Positions 63,961-64,000 of a stretch of DNA of 64,000 nt are shown in pieces; position 1 is the stretch's first letter, and each line of letters opens with the position of its first letter. The position numbers and the translations under genes were made by a program. Origin of the DNA: Epithemia pelagica (Eukaryota; Protista; Bacillariophyta); contig OX337231.1 of assembly GCA_946965045.2 (NCBI GenBank), forward strand, positions 3,162,001 to 3,226,000. The letters are read 5' to 3'. The notes beneath the pieces were generated by a model. The model saw only the letters and a program-made list of their open reading frames with translations. It did not search any database and was not told the DNA's origin.

Positions 63961-64000
63961 GGTGTAAAGAATTTTGGAGCCTGGTCCCTGGTCCACGTCA

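Overview
Gene-dense eukaryotic nuclear DNA, most likely from a diatom. This is inferred from short GT-AG introns of about 75-100 nt, signal-plus-transit (bipartite) presequences, an OMPDC-OPRT-order UMP synthase and a diatom-type cyclin; the species cannot be determined. There are about 28 host genes, including homoserine dehydrogenase, dihydroorotase, UMP synthase, proteasome RPT3 and RPT4, RPL35, two FKBPs, a CK2-like kinase, a cyclin and MsrA. Two mobile-element insertions interrupt them. (1) At 7312-11334 there is a nested pair of DNA transposons. A non-autonomous element of about 0.88 kb (14-bp TIRs, ACT target duplication) contains a 3.14-kb PIF/Harbinger-superfamily (PHIS) element (29-bp TIRs, CAG target duplication). 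The inner element has an intact spliced DDE transposase, a 222-bp internal palindrome, and a divergent accessory gene that reads as a Myb-like helical domain plus an HSP20/alpha-crystallin-like domain. (2) At 38716-45946 there is an apparently intact 7.2-kb two-ORF non-LTR retrotransposon with a restriction-like endonuclease (CRE-like), a 9-bp TSD, a 5' A16 tract and an atypical IMDD catalytic motif. It sits 67 bp upstream of a UbiA prenyltransferase gene that carries one in-frame TGA. No rRNA, tRNA or CRISPR array was seen. All family assignments come from motif recognition by eye; no database searches were run.
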